Shown here: positions 36,201 to 49,868 of the stretch, piece by piece | Numbering within the stretch: position 1 is the stretch's first letter | Layout: every line of letters starts with the position of its first letter | Assembly (NCBI RefSeq): GCF_018977255.1 | Contig: NW_024704742.1 | Coordinates: 44,704,001-44,768,000, forward strand | From: Callorhinchus milii | Taxonomy: Eukaryota | Direction: 5' to 3' | DNA length: 64,000 nucleotides | Position numbers and translations under genes: made by a program | The notes under the pieces: generated by a model | The model's input: only the letters and a program-made list of their open reading frames with translations | Database searches by the model: none | Told to the model about the DNA's origin: nothing

Positions 36201-38331
36201 AGACTCGGGCCATATACTGCTAAGAAAAATTGGACGATTACAGCTGACATTCCACTGAAATATTGAATGAGTGCTGAACGTTGAAACATTTCCTTTACTT
36301 TTCAATGCAAAATAGGTAGATCAGAGTGGGCACAAATACTAATGAGGGCAAGAGCAATTGAGGGTAATCAACGGAAAATGGTGTAGATGCATGTAAGGGG
36401 GGAAATGGCCAAGTGGGTAAAGGAAGCGGGGGGCAGAATACATAACTGGAGGAAGACTCACAAGGGAATAAAGAATGTGGCTTTGCATGAGGTGAACCTG
36501 ATCCTCCCCAATGAGACAGTTCCAATGCAGATGGAGACAATTCAGTTTATAAATCACCCATTTTATTAATTTCCATTCATTGCAGTTATAAATAGGTAGG
36601 TTTAAGTCTGGGATAACAATGTGCGAGAGTATTTTAATTGGAGGTATGAGCCCATTAGAGGACAGTGTGAATATAGATATGGAGGTGATTATGCAAACGT
36701 CAGGGATTTACTGACATTGACAGGTAAACACATCTCATTTTTTGCTGGTGGCTCAACGTGACAATCTTATCAGTGTGACACTCTGGTGGGAAATTTACTG
36801 ACTTGCATTATCAAGAAAAGGCTGCTAATTTTTTCATTGATCATGGAATGATCACCGGTACCTGGTTGGTAGTTATAGGGCTGAGAAGGTAAAAAAAACT
36901 ATCATGGACAGAAGCAGGACAGTCGTTATGGATAGGCACTACCATAAATGTTTGTTCAGATTAGCAGGCAGGTCATAACCCAAATAGACAGAAATCAGGA
37001 AGTGTGCCAGACAGGATCCAATCAGAACATAGATGCAGACAGCTCAACAGAAAGGCAGAAGATCAGATGGGTAGAAGGCTGGAAACATACCAAACAAGGC
37101 ATTTGCTGGTTCCTAGTCAAAGGAAAGCAGATCAACACCTGAAGAGCAGGTTGAGAAAAGTCAGGAACGAGGGAGATTGTCAAATAAGGGTTGAAGCCCA
37201 GGACTTGGCCATTATTTTAATCATCTGAAGTTAATTATATCCTATTTCATCCCTGCAGGTTTGAGTAAAACTGTTAAATGCTATTACAATCTTTGTTCTC
37301 CTGCACAATAATGTACAAAGGTGCATTCATCAAAATGTTCAAATAATGATTCATAAAAGCTATGTGTTTGATGTCCTGTGTACTTTGGTGTTTATTCACA
37401 AGCTAATTGACAATTTTATAATAATATTATTCATGACTGCAAAAATGTGAGAAATCAAGCATTTCCTTGGATGTACAATTTAATGATTCTTTTTGAAACT
37501 AGTATTGTAACTAGTATTGTACTATCACTATAACATATTCTTGAAACAATCGCCTGAGGAATCTAGAAGCAAGAATAAGTAAAATGCAAGTAAACAAGAA
37601 TATACGGCTGGAGTTTGAGGCTTTTCATAATATATTCACACTGCTGCAGTGATACTTAGAAGTCATCTCCTTTGTGATGTTCACAAACACCCGAGGTGTC
37701 TACTGAAGTGAATCCCATAGTTTTGATGTGCCTTTTCAACTGATGTGCCTCTGAAGCAGAGTTCTGAATGTTCGATCAATGTAACACTCATGTGTGGTCA
37801 ATATTTTAAATTCCTTTGAAAATATCAGATTTTGGACCAAAAAATGCAGAAGTAACAAATAACACAAGTTTGTTTTCGAACAATGCCTTTACAAGGTAAA
37901 TTAAGGTAAATTAAGGTACTCAAGATATTATCTCTGATGTGGAAGGCTTCTGAGAAGATCTGCTGATTATAGATAATTTGTCCTTTGGCACAATCTCCTG
38001 ACATTCCTTCTCTCTTTAATCACATTGACATTTTTACTAACATTAACGGAGAAATATTGGACCTATAGCGAACAAGCTATAAATTTATTACTACCACTAT
38101 ATTAAAGCCTGCAGCAGCACAGGCATTTGCCAGTACTCAAAATATAAGCTGACAGCTTTTCTTTCAATTCTTTAATCCAACTAATTAAGCTCAGTAGTCA
38201 ATGAATACTACACCCAAATCCCCCGAAGTGTTGGGCTCACAACATGTGATAGTGTTTTTATAACCCATTCAGGCAATTGTCAGACAGATGACAAAGAAAT
38301 TATTAGGATGAATCCTCCTTTGAGGTTCAGC

Positions 38332-38713
38332 TAATAATAGTAATAATTCTTGAATTTGATATAGCACCTTATCACATCTTTGAGATGTCTCAAAGTGCTC
38401 CACTAAATATACTGTAAAGTGAATTGACTGTATATCTTGTGGGCGAAATGTGGCAGCCAATTGCACACAGCAGTGTCCCACAAACAGTCGTGGATTGAGT
38501 AACCAAATTATTATTTAATGTTTTTTATATAAAGGGATTATTAAACCCCGGAAAAGCGATCCACCAATCGACTAACAATCTGTTTCTTACTTCCTGCTAG
38601 GTAAACAGATGCATGTGGAGTAAGGATACTTGCCCAAAGTTTCACCCTGTCTGGGAATCCAACCAAGGTTCTTTTGCTTGTGAGGAAAGTTCTCTATCTG
38701 AGCTACATACTCT
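38332..38713 (-). mobile_element. tRNA-derived SINE, long (CORE-like) form, full length
   Basis: Contains ctgctaggtaaacagatgc and ccggaaaagcgatccaccaatcgactaaca; older tail ttgagacatctcaaagatgtgataagg. Confidence 0.9.
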
Positions 38714-39877
38714 ACAGCTAACACCAAATATGTAAAAATGTTTTATTATTAGAACTTTCTACATCTAATAATTTCCTTGATCAAAACAGATGTTAACAAG
38801 CTTACAGATAAACCACTCAGCTGTCCTTCAGCACTGAAGTGATGAGACTAGGTAGAAATCAATTCCAGTTGGATATGTGATCGTTGCAGTGCCTCATCCT
38901 ATCACACATAGTGAAATCCAATATTGTAGCGCTAAGCTAACTTCACAAGTGGAACATTTTTCATGGGTAACCAAAGCTAACAAAAGCTGATCTCTAATTT
39001 AGAGAGATGGTCCCATCATTCTATCCCATTGTCATTTCTGTTCTTGTACTTAACTGCTCCTCTCTGAAGTGATATGGATTGCAAAGATGAACTCTGAGGT
39101 GATCTATATACACTATCAAAAGCTGAGACAGTTTGTCTTCTTTTCTTCCTCTTGTTGAACTCTATCCTGTCATCTCTCCTCTTTGGGAGGATCTAATATT
39201 GACAGTTTATCACCTTAGAGTCATTAAAGACTACCGTTTTATCATTAATAAAGTAGGCATCCCATTTTGAATACTGGATTTCATTTTTGTTTGATGCCTA
39301 CTATTGTTGGACATCATTATAATTTGGCAAGTTAAATAGATTTATTTCACAAAAGAGAGAAGTCAAAAGAAATAAATAACTGGAAAAAAATTGCTTGTGA
39401 ACAGTGCTGGAGGATTTAGGGATAGTATAGACTAAGATTAATTAAATACTTAGTGCTGCTTGGGCTAGTGAGGATGGTAGTAGAGGAAGAAGGTAGCGTT
39501 CTGTGCAAGAAATGAAACCAAGATTCACTGGCAGAGATATCTGGAGGGAGGAATATTCAGGAATTTTTGCTTTAATGCCTTTTGGATTTCTGGTTGTGTC
39601 TGCACAGAACTTTCGCCTGGCAGACGGAATAAGTGAGTGGATACCATGATGGTTTGTAGAGTGAGGTGATCGATGGGTTGAATGGCCTTTTCCAACTTTA
39701 TGTTTTTAAAACACTCTATAATACCTGATTCAAGTAGAAAAGTATAAAATTACATTCCCATTTTCACTTTCTCTGGTTTTACAGAAATCATGACCTGCAC
39801 AGACCAACACTACATTTATTTTCATTTAAGTGCACTTTTGAGGCCTGAAATTTCTCATTAACTCAGCCTCAAACCAT

Positions 39878-39995
39878 AATAATAATAAGAATCTGTACAT
39901 TTGACATAGCACCTTATCAAATCATTGAGATGTCTCAAAGCACTTCACAGAATATTTTGTAAAGTGAATTGACTGTATATTTTGTGGGCGAAAAA
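39878..39995 (-). mobile_element. SINE 3' fragment
   Basis: (TAA)n..cacttcacagaatattttgtaaagtgaattgactgtata. Confidence 0.8.
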
Positions 39996-40254
39996 TAGCT
40001 TCTGCCTTAAGACTGAATTTTCCAAAAATGTTGCATGATCTTAAATTTTAAGCCTCTGAAAAGTGGCAGCAACTATGATGTGCAAAATGAAGATTGTGAC
40101 AATTATATCACCAGTGATAATTATCACATGACATTTTACACCTTTCCATCCAACATTGCTAGTAAAGGCTAGGTTAGGGGTGCAAAGACAAATGTTATGA
40201 ATATTTTGAAAGCAAAATTAAGTTAAATTAGTTCCTAATGTAAGCCTTTCTGAG

Positions 40255-40640
40255 TTGATAGCCTTCCGGCCTCCGGGTTAGGTGATTGTAGGTTCAAGTC
40301 CCCATCAGGAACTCTGTATGCAGACTGACACTCCAGTACAGCACTGGGGGAATGTTACATTGTCAGTGGTGCAATGCTTTGAAGAAGACATTAAACCATG
40401 GTCCAGGATGTTAAAGAACACATGGTACTAATTCAAGAAGAGAAGGGGTGCATCCTGACTAATAATCCTCCATTTCAAATAGCTATTCATCTCTAGTTGT
40501 TTGGTGCACATTGCTATAAGCAAATTGGCTTTTACATTCTCCTACAAAAAGCCAGGCACTGTACTTTATAAAATAACTCTGTGAAATGCTATGAGACAAT
40601 TTAGATGTATTAAGAGAAGATTGCAAGCATAAGGATTAGA
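40255..40640 (+). mobile_element. Degraded DeuSINE-like SINE
   Basis: ggttcaagtccc..ctgacactccagtacagcactgggg..gacattaaacc. Confidence 0.7.
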
Positions 40641-41017
40641 AACTGAAGCAATCATAATTTCAATAGGAAACTTTTTTTTGATTCAGTATTTGCTATTTTA
40701 AGATTATATTAAATTTGTCTTTCAAGTTTAAATTGCAATTGTTATGTTGCTGCTTTTCTCCCCCTCTCTGCCTCCCCACCCCCGCTATCTACTTATATTA
40801 TTTATTTTTGCTTTCTCCCCAAAGTATTACTGCTTTATTTTAATATGGTATAGTTGAATTGAAAGAAATGAAAGTAGTTCTTCAGTTCATTTTTGCTTTT
40901 CCCTTGTTGCTATTTTTTCATATCATACACATTATGCTCCTTCGGGTAAGTATAATATATGAGTGTCCTATCCAACTACAACCTGTATCACTCATTTCAT
41001 TAACATAAATCTGTTTT

Positions 41018-42162
41018 TCATTATATCTCCACAAATGGTTTTTCCTCCGGCCCCCGCACTGTCTCGTGCGGTGTCCCTCAGGGCTCTGTCCTCGGTCCCC
41101 TCCTGTTCACCCTCTATATGCTCCCCCTTGGTGACATCATCCGCAGACATGGGGTTAACTTCCACATGTATGCGGATGACACCCAACTCTACCTTTCCTC
41201 CTCTACCTCAACTCCACGACCACCGATGTCCTGACAGCTGCCTGTCCGACATCGAGTCCTGGACGAGAGATAACTTTCTCCAGCTCAACGTGCGCAAAAC
41301 TGAGGCCCTCCTGATTGGCTCACGTCAGCGCCTCCGCACCTCAGGGCTGACAGCATCAGCATCCAAGGCTGCACTCTCCACCTCTCAAAGCCAGTCAGGA
41401 ACCTCGGGGTTCTGTTCGACCCTGAGCTGTCCTTTCTCCCTCACATCCGCACCACAACTGGCACCGCCTTCCATCACCTCCGGAATGTCGCCAGACTACG
41501 GCACTACCTCACCCCTCACGCTGCTGAAACTCTGGTCCACGCCTTTATCACCTCAAGGCTGGACTATGGGAACTCTCTCCTCGCCGGCCTTCCCGGCACC
41601 TCCCTCCACAAGCTGCAGGTCATTCAGAACTCTGCAGCTCGTGTACTGTCCCACACCAGGCTTCGGGACCACATCACTCCCACCCTCGCTCGCCTCCACT
41701 GGCTCCCCATCCCCCAGAGGATCGCATTCAAGATCCTCACCCTCACCTACAAGGCCATTCACGGCCTTGCTCCCCCCTACCTCTCCGACCTACTATCCCC
41801 CTACTTACCTGCCCATACCCTCCGTTCCTCTGGCTCCGGTCTGCTCCACATCCCCCGCCCCAACCGCCCTACCATCGGTGGCCGGGCCTTCAGCCTCTCA
41901 GCCCCCAGGCTCTGGAACTCTATCCCCCAGTGCCTTCGCCGCCTCCTCCCTTTCCTCCTTCAAGGCCGGTCTCAAGACCTTTCTCTTTGACCATGCCTTC
42001 AGCTCCCCTCTCGACTCTCTACCCCCTCCTCGCTCCCTCCCTTCCCTCCCCCTGACCATTTCCCCCCTGCTCGGGTCCTGACCCAACTGTACAGCACCTT
42101 GGGACGTCCTTCCGACGTGAAAGGCGCTCAATAAATGGAATCTTGTTGTTGTTGTTGTTGTT
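41018..42162 (+). mobile_element. Relatively young 5'-truncated L2 (RT to tail)
   Basis: [37 protein letters not shown]; CpG-rich; type A hairpin and (TTG)n tail; frameshifts present. Confidence 0.97.
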
Positions 42163-43499
42163 TCTGCTTCTCTTTACTTTAGTTCTGAGGGAAGAGTCTT
42201 GTGCTCATGTCAGATGTTTTCTCTCTGAAGACAAGAGTTTCATTCAAAGGGGATTGTAACATTGCTAATTTGCTGCAATATTTATTTCAGAGTCAAATAA
42301 TTTGTTTTGTATCAGGAGTTGCTGCAAGATAAAATGGAAAGTGTTATTTTATTTATCTTTCCTAAGAAAAAAGGCTGAAAGTAAAAGCACATTTCATTTT
42401 TCTTTATGAAAAATGGTAGAGAAAAATCAGACTGTAGTATTAAAAAAACAACTTGTTTACAAAAGAGCAATGTTAAGAATTAGATCTGACAGAACAGATT
42501 TAATCTTACAGTCTCTGTTTTGCTCCAACAAGATCCTATTTGGGGACGAGCAGAAAATACAATGATACTCAAAGGGGTGAACATGTTGTAACAGTAGAAT
42601 GAGATCAAACAAGCCAAGGGGCCTTCTTCATCCGAAGCAGTCAGTCACTAAAAAGCTTGACTCGCCTTCGGGGTTAAACAATCTTCCCTCCCACCATCTC
42701 CCTTTACTCCATTCGAATGATCAGGCCCAAAGATGGCACCAGATGATGGATGCCAGCTTAACTCACCAAAACAAATAAAACGGTTTGCCAAACCAGAAGA
42801 TGATTGTGTCTAGAAGACAAGAGGGCAGGTTAAAAGGATTTATCCAGAATTTTCCCTGGGAGATAGAGTCGGGAAAGTGCAGGCAATTTTTTTTAAGACT
42901 TCTCTAAGATGTATTAGCTAACTTATTGCTTTGGGCATCTTAAAAAGGTCCATGGGGGGTGGGGGGGTGTAAATGAGATGAGAACAGTATGATTATCTAA
43001 GCACAAGGAAACTGATTGAGTGGGCCCCAATTTACACAAGGCAATCACCACCACTCACTTACATGGAAAGTTGCAGTTTCTTAATGCAATGCACTGTTGT
43101 TCAATTGTAATTAATATTTAGCTTATACTTTAATATTATAGTTACTTTCTGCACATTATCTGTTAAGATAAAAATAACATGTTTAACCAGCAAACGTCTC
43201 CTGTACTGGAGTTTAATGCAATTAATTTTATTCTACCGGAGCATATTAAAGTTTCATCTGTAATGGGAAGTGACAGATATGCAATGAAATCAAGGATGCC
43301 TACAGAGCTCTTGTAATAGAAAATTAATAAGTGGGTACAGTTAGCCGTCCAGTACCATACACTCGGGGCCCTACATTAATTCATACATTTCATCCAAATA
43401 ATTACATAAGTAATAACATCTTGAGAAAGAATTATTTTTTAATTACCTGTTGGCCAATAATATAGTGCACCTTTTCTATGACCTGGTTGAAGTAAAAAA

Positions 43500-43680
43500 T
43501 GATAATGTACTTAAGAGGAAACTTGACTCATACATCAGTGGAAGAGATGGGATAGGGGTAAAGGGGTCTAATAGAGAGTATTAGGAGAGATGGAGGCTTT
43601 GTTTGGAGTATGGACACAGTCATCGATTAGTTTGTTCGAATGATCTGTTTCCATGCAATATAATTCTGTGTAATTCCATG
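43500..43680 (+). mobile_element. Degraded CR1 3' end
   Basis: ttaagaggaaacttga..tggaggctt..gttcgaatgatctgtttcc..taattctgtgtaattccatg. Confidence 0.6.
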
Positions 43681-44379
43681 CAAGTTTTGATATTTCATAG
43701 AAAGTTACACCATACTTAATCAAAAGCTCAACACAGTGATGCACAAAGCCAATGAGTGATAACGCATTTTCAGTTGTTAGGATTTTCTGTATGTTTAGAA
43801 GATACAGACTTATATCTGTGATATGGGATATAAATCATAGGACAACATGCTCACCTGTAATCTTGTTCCTCACTCCATCCACTAACCAGGTTTATGGGAC
43901 GTTGCCATGCAGATTAGCTGCTGTGTTTGCTTATGTAATAATATTCACTACATTTATAATGAATTATGTTCATGAAGCAATTTGAGGTGTTTGTTTTTAT
44001 GCAGAAAGCTGCTATAAATGTTTGGTGCGAGTACACAAAATCCATTACAAAGTGTTAGTTATTTGTTAGTCAGTGTTCTTTTTATAACATTTTTTTCCCT
44101 GAATCTCTGTTCTCAATCCTTTGCCTTGCTATCTTTCTCCCTGCTTTCAAAGGCTTCTTAAAAACATGCCAAGCCTTTTGAGATGCTCTATTATGTTAAA
44201 GGCTCTATGTAAGTACCAGTTGTTATTTTGTGAGTCTATTTAGATTCCTCCTTCCTGCACATCACACATCACTTCAGTACTGAGGGAGTTCTGAGGCTGT
44301 TCTCAGGTTTCCCTAGCACCAGTAAACCTACATTATTAAAAATCTGCAATTCATAATAGCAAATACTTGGATTTTATGA

Positions 44380-44625
44380 ATGTTTAGGAACAGGAGTAGA
44401 CCCATCATGCTTACACCACCATTTTATCAGTTCCTGTCAACTCTTTGGGTTTTTGTTACTCTTTCACAACCTCTTAATTAACTTTAAAGAAGGTATATAA
44501 ATATCTTAACAGGAGAAATTTATAAAATGGTATGGGGGAAATGTAGTAGAATTGGACTAAACAGATTGTTCATGTAATGAGCCAGGACAGGATAAATGGA
44601 CTGAATGACGACCTGTACTGTGCTA
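44380..44625. mobile_element. Two short degraded CR1 3' pieces (opposite orientations)
   Basis: taggaacaggagtagaccc (minus); ggtatggggg..gagccagg..ggactgaatgacg..ctgtgct (plus). Confidence 0.5.
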
Positions 44626-45157
44626 ATAATTGTTTAGCTGGCATGTCACAAGTTGTCTTGTATTGGTCCTTCTACAAAACTGAAGACAGATATCCATCGA
44701 ATAGCTAATTAGGAAATTCTGAGGCTCGGTACAACAGTTGCTGGATGTATTACCTGGAGTCCAGAGTTGTGAACACATGTTCAAATATCCAAGGCTTGGT
44801 ACCACCTTGATTGGTGGGTAGAGCGATAAGTAGTAGCTACAGTAGACAAGAGTCCCTTAGTGGCTAGCAGTGTGTATGTCAGTATTGGGCAGGAGAATGG
44901 TAGCAATATTCTCACGCATCTCATTGCTGAGTTATGCTGCTCCCAAAGAAAGCTCATAGGGAGTTCCTAGTACCTGGTATCCACGAAGTAAGGGCTCAAA
45001 CCTGTTTTATCAGATGTCAAATCATCAAATACCAATCTTTATATATAATATATAATGTAATAATCCTTAATACAGAGCCTTATCACGTCTTGGGTGTGGG
45101 AGGGAAGTGGGGTCCCCTTGGGGCTTAGTGGGCTAAGGGTGATGTGTTTGAGTAAAA

Positions 45158-45469
45158 AATAAATAATATTTGCATTTGATATAGCCTTTTTCACATCTTC
45201 TAGACGTCTCAAAGCGCTTCACAGAATATGCTGTAAAGTGAATTAACGGTATATTTGTGGGCGAAACGCGACAGCCAATTGCACACAGCAGTGTCCCACA
45301 AACAGTCGTGGATTGAAAATGACCAATTTATTATTGTTTTGATTTTTTGGAGGGATTATTATTAGGTGTGTGGAGTAAGGAAACTTGCCCAAGGTTTCGC
45401 TCTGCCTGGAATTGAACCCAGATGGCTCGCTAGCAGGCGAGTGGTCTACCCACTGAGCGGCAGGACTCC
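45158..45469 (-). mobile_element. tRNA-derived SINE, short form (TAGAA loop)
   Basis: Head ends ggactcc at 45469; tail tcacatcttctagacgtctcaaagcgct. Confidence 0.95.
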
Positions 45470-46329
45470 ATAACACATCAAGCTATCATCCAAAGCCTTA
45501 AAGTTTCTTCATCAGCTATTCAATGGAAGGAAATAAAAATCATATTTCCCAGTGGGTCATAATATATTGTGCTTTTTATTCTACACCAATGGTATTTTGC
45601 AATTCTCAGCCATATATTTTACACAACTATAGCCCCCCAAAATTCTAGATGTGTGAAATATCACTGTGGATGAATCACACAAACTGCACAATCAACATTT
45701 AACTCCACCTCTGCAATATCCATAAATTAGACAAGATATAAACTCATTGGAGTTACATCCTGGTAATCTGTTCCCATGCATTGTTAAAATGTCATAAAAC
45801 TGACCAGCTGACTGAAGTGGAAACAGTCTCTAGAGTTAGGTGGAGTAGAAAAGAGTAGAGCACACTAGGTTAAGAGTTTCACAGTATATATTAGACACTG
45901 TCCTTTCACCTCAGAAAACTAGATTAAAATTTGATAGGAGGAACATCTTGTGGACAGAGTGGACTGTGTTTGGCTTTTCTCAACTTGAACCTCAGTGCCA
46001 ATGAGTCAACAATAACAAAGTTCAAAATCCAGTACTAAATGGATGATAGCTCATCATTAACTCTTTCAGTGGCAGTAATATAACACGATTAACCTGTTTG
46101 GAAAAAATATCAAATTTAAAGGATGTAGGTAATGACCTGCATCATCAGTAAGTCAGAGTAGAGATCAAAGCAGATGGGGGTAAACATAATAAGTAAGTCA
46201 CCTCGTCAAAACCCTGAGATTGCAACTAGTTGTTATCCACAATCCATACATTGCTCATACATTGCCTGTCTGTAACTGACATTTTATATAGTAGATTGTA
46301 GCCTATTACTTGTTGCTGATAGTAGTTTC

Positions 46330-46620
46330 AATGGCCATTAATACCACTGCATTGGAGATGTGAGAAAGAAATGAGCACCTTATATCACTTGGGTTGGAAA
46401 TATCCCAAAATACAACATTTTTAAAAGCAGTGATAAGAGCCATAACAAAAATTGCAAAGGTCACCATCTCACGGGATCCAGGAATTGCATTGCTGGATGA
46501 ATTACCAAAGAATTGTGCCCTTTCAGAAAACAAAGATTTATAGTACTTGACCTATTGGCTAAAAGGCTATTAACTTGGGAAAGTCACAAAGATAGACTGG
46601 TGAGTGGATGGTCGGTTTCT
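46330..46620 (+). mobile_element. Ancient L1-clade ORF2 C-terminal (Cys/His knuckle) relic
   Basis: HWRCEKEMSTLYHLGWKYPKIQHF* then frameshift AVIRAITKIAKVTISRDPGIALL..LLAKRLLTW; resembles CWRC..GTLFHMFWxCPKI..FW motif. Confidence 0.6.
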
Positions 46621-46964
46621 GTGCTCAATCGCTTAACCCTAAAAAGCAACTTTCCACCTCCAAAGGAAAGTCTACTTAACCCCTAAGAAACATATATCCA
46701 GACGAACCCTGGCACTGATGTCTGGCAACATTATCAGCATTTCCAAGAAACTGATACAATGATTAAGTGAAGTCTTTTGTGCAGATTGTGTAAACCATGT
46801 GTAAATACATTTGCGTAATGCACAATGTGTATACAGTGTGGCAATGAATTGTACAAAAAGGAATTACAGGCACCCTTAATTATGTCATAAAAACAAGGAA
46901 AAGGACAGGTTAATAAAGTTGGTAAAACCTTTTCATTGGTGACTTGCTTACAAGTTCACCTTTG

Positions 46965-47290
46965 AATCTCTCCATGGTCTTGCCCCACTCTACCTCTGCA
47001 ACCTCCTTCAATCCTATTAACTCCAGCCTGCTTCATGTCTCTCAACATATCTGTCCCACCTTCAGTGGTGAGCTTTCATCCTTTCTGTCCTGGTACCCGG
47101 AATTCCATCCAGAATCCCTCTGAGTCCCTCCCTCCGCTCTTCCAAGGAATGCCTCAAAATGTACATCTTTGACCTTACTTTAGGTCATCTTTCCCTTCCT
47201 CCTACCGCTCAGCTCCCATCCCCTACCTTGGAGCACATTCAGCACTTGAATGCACTTGGGACATTACCTAACATGAAAGATATTATAAAA
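46965..47290 (+). mobile_element. Old L2 3' fragment
   Basis: ccttgaatctctccatggtcttgcccc..cccaccttcagtggtgagctttc..cttgggacatt tail. Confidence 0.7.
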
Positions 47291-48159
47291 TGTTAACTGA
47301 ATTGTATTGTACATGGTTTACACAACACATAAAATGGCTCCCATTAATCTTCAATTTGAGGAAAATTCTTAATGGAACTTTTAATCCAACAATGACATGA
47401 TTAAAAAACTGAAATCCAAATGTAGTGAATACATATCTGTTGGAGTGAATATTGACCACATTCTGTAAATACTGGCATAGTCTTTCCAGTTGTATGGCTG
47501 GATATTGAAATAGATTCAAAAGTAAATCCTGCATTAAATCGGAAAACTATTAATGTCATTTGGGGGCTCAATACCATTTGAAACTTTCAGCATTTGGCAA
47601 GGTATTGCAAGGAGAATAGAGTAAAACCTGTTCAAGAAACAACCTCCATTCAGCAACCACCTCTGATAAACACCCTGGAGCAGCCTGGACAGCTCAGTTT
47701 GCACACCAACCAACCTTTACTCAGAGGTCAGTCATGCTTTTATAAAGGCCACTATGGCTCAGTCCCCTGACTTGTTGTTAAATGCATATTTGACTGTAGG
47801 TACTTTGGAAAAGAGTGTAAAAAAATAATTGGGAAACTCACTGTGTCACTTGTGTGAGAACATAATGAAGTTTAAAATGAACAATACCATTAGATTCTAT
47901 TGCTTAACTCATTTGTAAGCATTCAGCTGACATTCGTCACAGTTAATCTATCTTTCAAGTCAAATTCTTCCTTTCCCTTGGAAGTGGGGCTTCATTGGAT
48001 TTTATATGCCGTACAGGTTGGTGTTTCTATTAAAATGTTAATATTTTTGTTACACCAAAAATAACTTCACCTTTTTGTGAGATTATTTTTGTTGCTATAT
48101 ATTCCTGCATTTTTAAGAGGAAAACAGTGGAGAAAAAACAAGTTCATGCAACTTTTATT

Positions 48160-48785
48160 TCTCCACAAACGGATTCTCCTCCAGCCCCTACACCGTCTTA
48201 TGTGGTATTCCTCAATGCTCTGTCCTCGGTGCTCTGAACCTGTACATGCTCCCTCTTGGTGACATCATCCACAGACGTGGGGTCAACTTCCACATGTACA
48301 TGAATGACACCCAACTCTATCTCTCTGCCTCCACCCTTGACTCCAGAACCACTGATATCCTGACAGACTGTCTGACAGACATCAAGTCCTGGATGAGAGC
48401 CAACTTTTTACAGTTGAATGTCAGCAACACCGAGGCTCTCCTGATTGGCTCGCACCAGCACCTTCACACCTCAGGCACTGGCAGCATCAGCATCCACGGA
48501 TGCACACTCCAAGCTAGTCAGGAACCTAGGTGTCTTGTTCGACCCTCAACTGTCCATTCTCTCCCACATCCTTGACTGGCTCTGCCTCCCTGATCCCCTC
48601 ACCTCCCTCCGCTCGAGTCCTATTCCCTGACTGTTCAGCTTCTTGGGAAGTCCTCCCAATGTGAAAGGTGCTTTACAAATGTAATTTTTTATTGAATTTC
48701 AATCTCTCTGCTTTGCCCACTCCTTAACTGCCCATCTTTAATTGCATCTGAAGACTTTCCTCTTTGACCATGCCTATACTGCCGT
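48160..48785 (+). mobile_element. L2 RT fragment with internal deletion and tail
   Basis: [43 protein letters not shown]. Confidence 0.9.
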
Positions 48786-48889
48786 AGTTCAACCAGCTAG
48801 AGCAAATAAAGTGCCACTGAGAGCCATAAAGCACTGTCTGGAAAGCTTCTTATTGCTTTTCCAGTTAGGACCATCTTTCTCATTGGACG

Positions 48890-49370
48890 AATCCCTGCTC
48901 TCTGTAACTCTGGATCATATGGTTCTGGGCTCAAATTCTTTATCAGGGACCTTGAGCTAATGGTCCAGTCATAGAGCTTCTATATTGAGTTGGGAAAGTG
49001 CTGCACTGTCAGAAGTGTTGTCTTTCAGATGAGATTTTAAACCAATGGCCTATCTGCTTGTTCAGGTGGACATTCAAGAACCCATGACACTATAAGACCA
49101 TAAGATGTAGGAGCAGGAGTAAGCCATTCAGCCCCTCGAGCCTGCCCCACCATTTAATAAGATCATAGCTGATCTTCTAACCTAATTCCATTTATCCGCC
49201 CTATCCCCATATTCCTTAATCTCTCTATCCTTTAGAAATCTATCAACTATTCAAAAAGGGAAAGGTATGTCTACAAATACAACCAGGACACTTTAAAGAA
49301 AAGCTTAATAAAAAGCTTTGAAATGGTTGATGTAATGTGGGACTATATTGAGTGCAGGGATTACTGTCAT
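48890..49370 (+). mobile_element. DeuSINE-like SINE interrupted by CR1
   Basis: gtgctgcactgtcagaagtgttgtctttcagatgag..ttcaggtggac..cccatgacactat. Confidence 0.7.
49094..49245 (-). mobile_element. CR1 3' end
   Basis: aagaccataagatgtaggagcaggagtaagccattcagcccctcgagcc; TSD ACTAT at 49089-49093 and 49246-49250. Confidence 0.85.
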
Positions 49371-49396
49371 TTTAAAATTAGGCAATTTCTTATTTT

Positions 49397-49868
49397 CAGA
49401 ACTCTGCCGCCTGCATACTTACCCGGACCAAACTCCATTCCGGCCGGGCTCCACTGGCTCCCCATCACCGAATGGATCGACTTCAAGATCCTCACACTTG
49501 TGTTCAAATCCCGTCATTCGCTGGCACCTCCCTACTTCTCTGACCTCTTCACACCCCAATCCACCACACTGCACCTCTGCTCGACTGGCACCGGCCTCCT
49601 GCTCATCCCTCGCACCTTCCACCCCACCATCGGAGGTCGCGCTTTCAGCCACTACGCCCCAAAACTCTGGAACACTCTCCCTCAATCCCTTGCCCCCTCT
49701 CTCCCCTTTTTCAAGTCCCACCTGAAAAACTTCCTCTTCAAGCTTGCTAACGGTCACCTCCCCACCTCGCCCCCCACTCCGGCTCGGTGTCAGGCTCTGC
49801 CACTGTTAAGCGCTCTAAGATGCTACCCTGCATGGAGGGCACTACATAAGTACAAGTTGTTGTTGTTA
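49397..49868 (+). mobile_element. L2 3' fragment (tail B)
   Basis: LHWLPITEWIDFKILTLVFK..GGRAFSHYAPKLWNTLP; agcgctctaagatgctaccctgcatggagggcact and (TTG)n. Confidence 0.92.

Noticed and set aside
40963..42081. 372-aa ORF, the longest in the window
   Set aside because: Mostly an alternative frame of the L2 copy (Ser/Pro-rich); only a short stretch is in the RT frame. The C-rich strand simply lacks stops.
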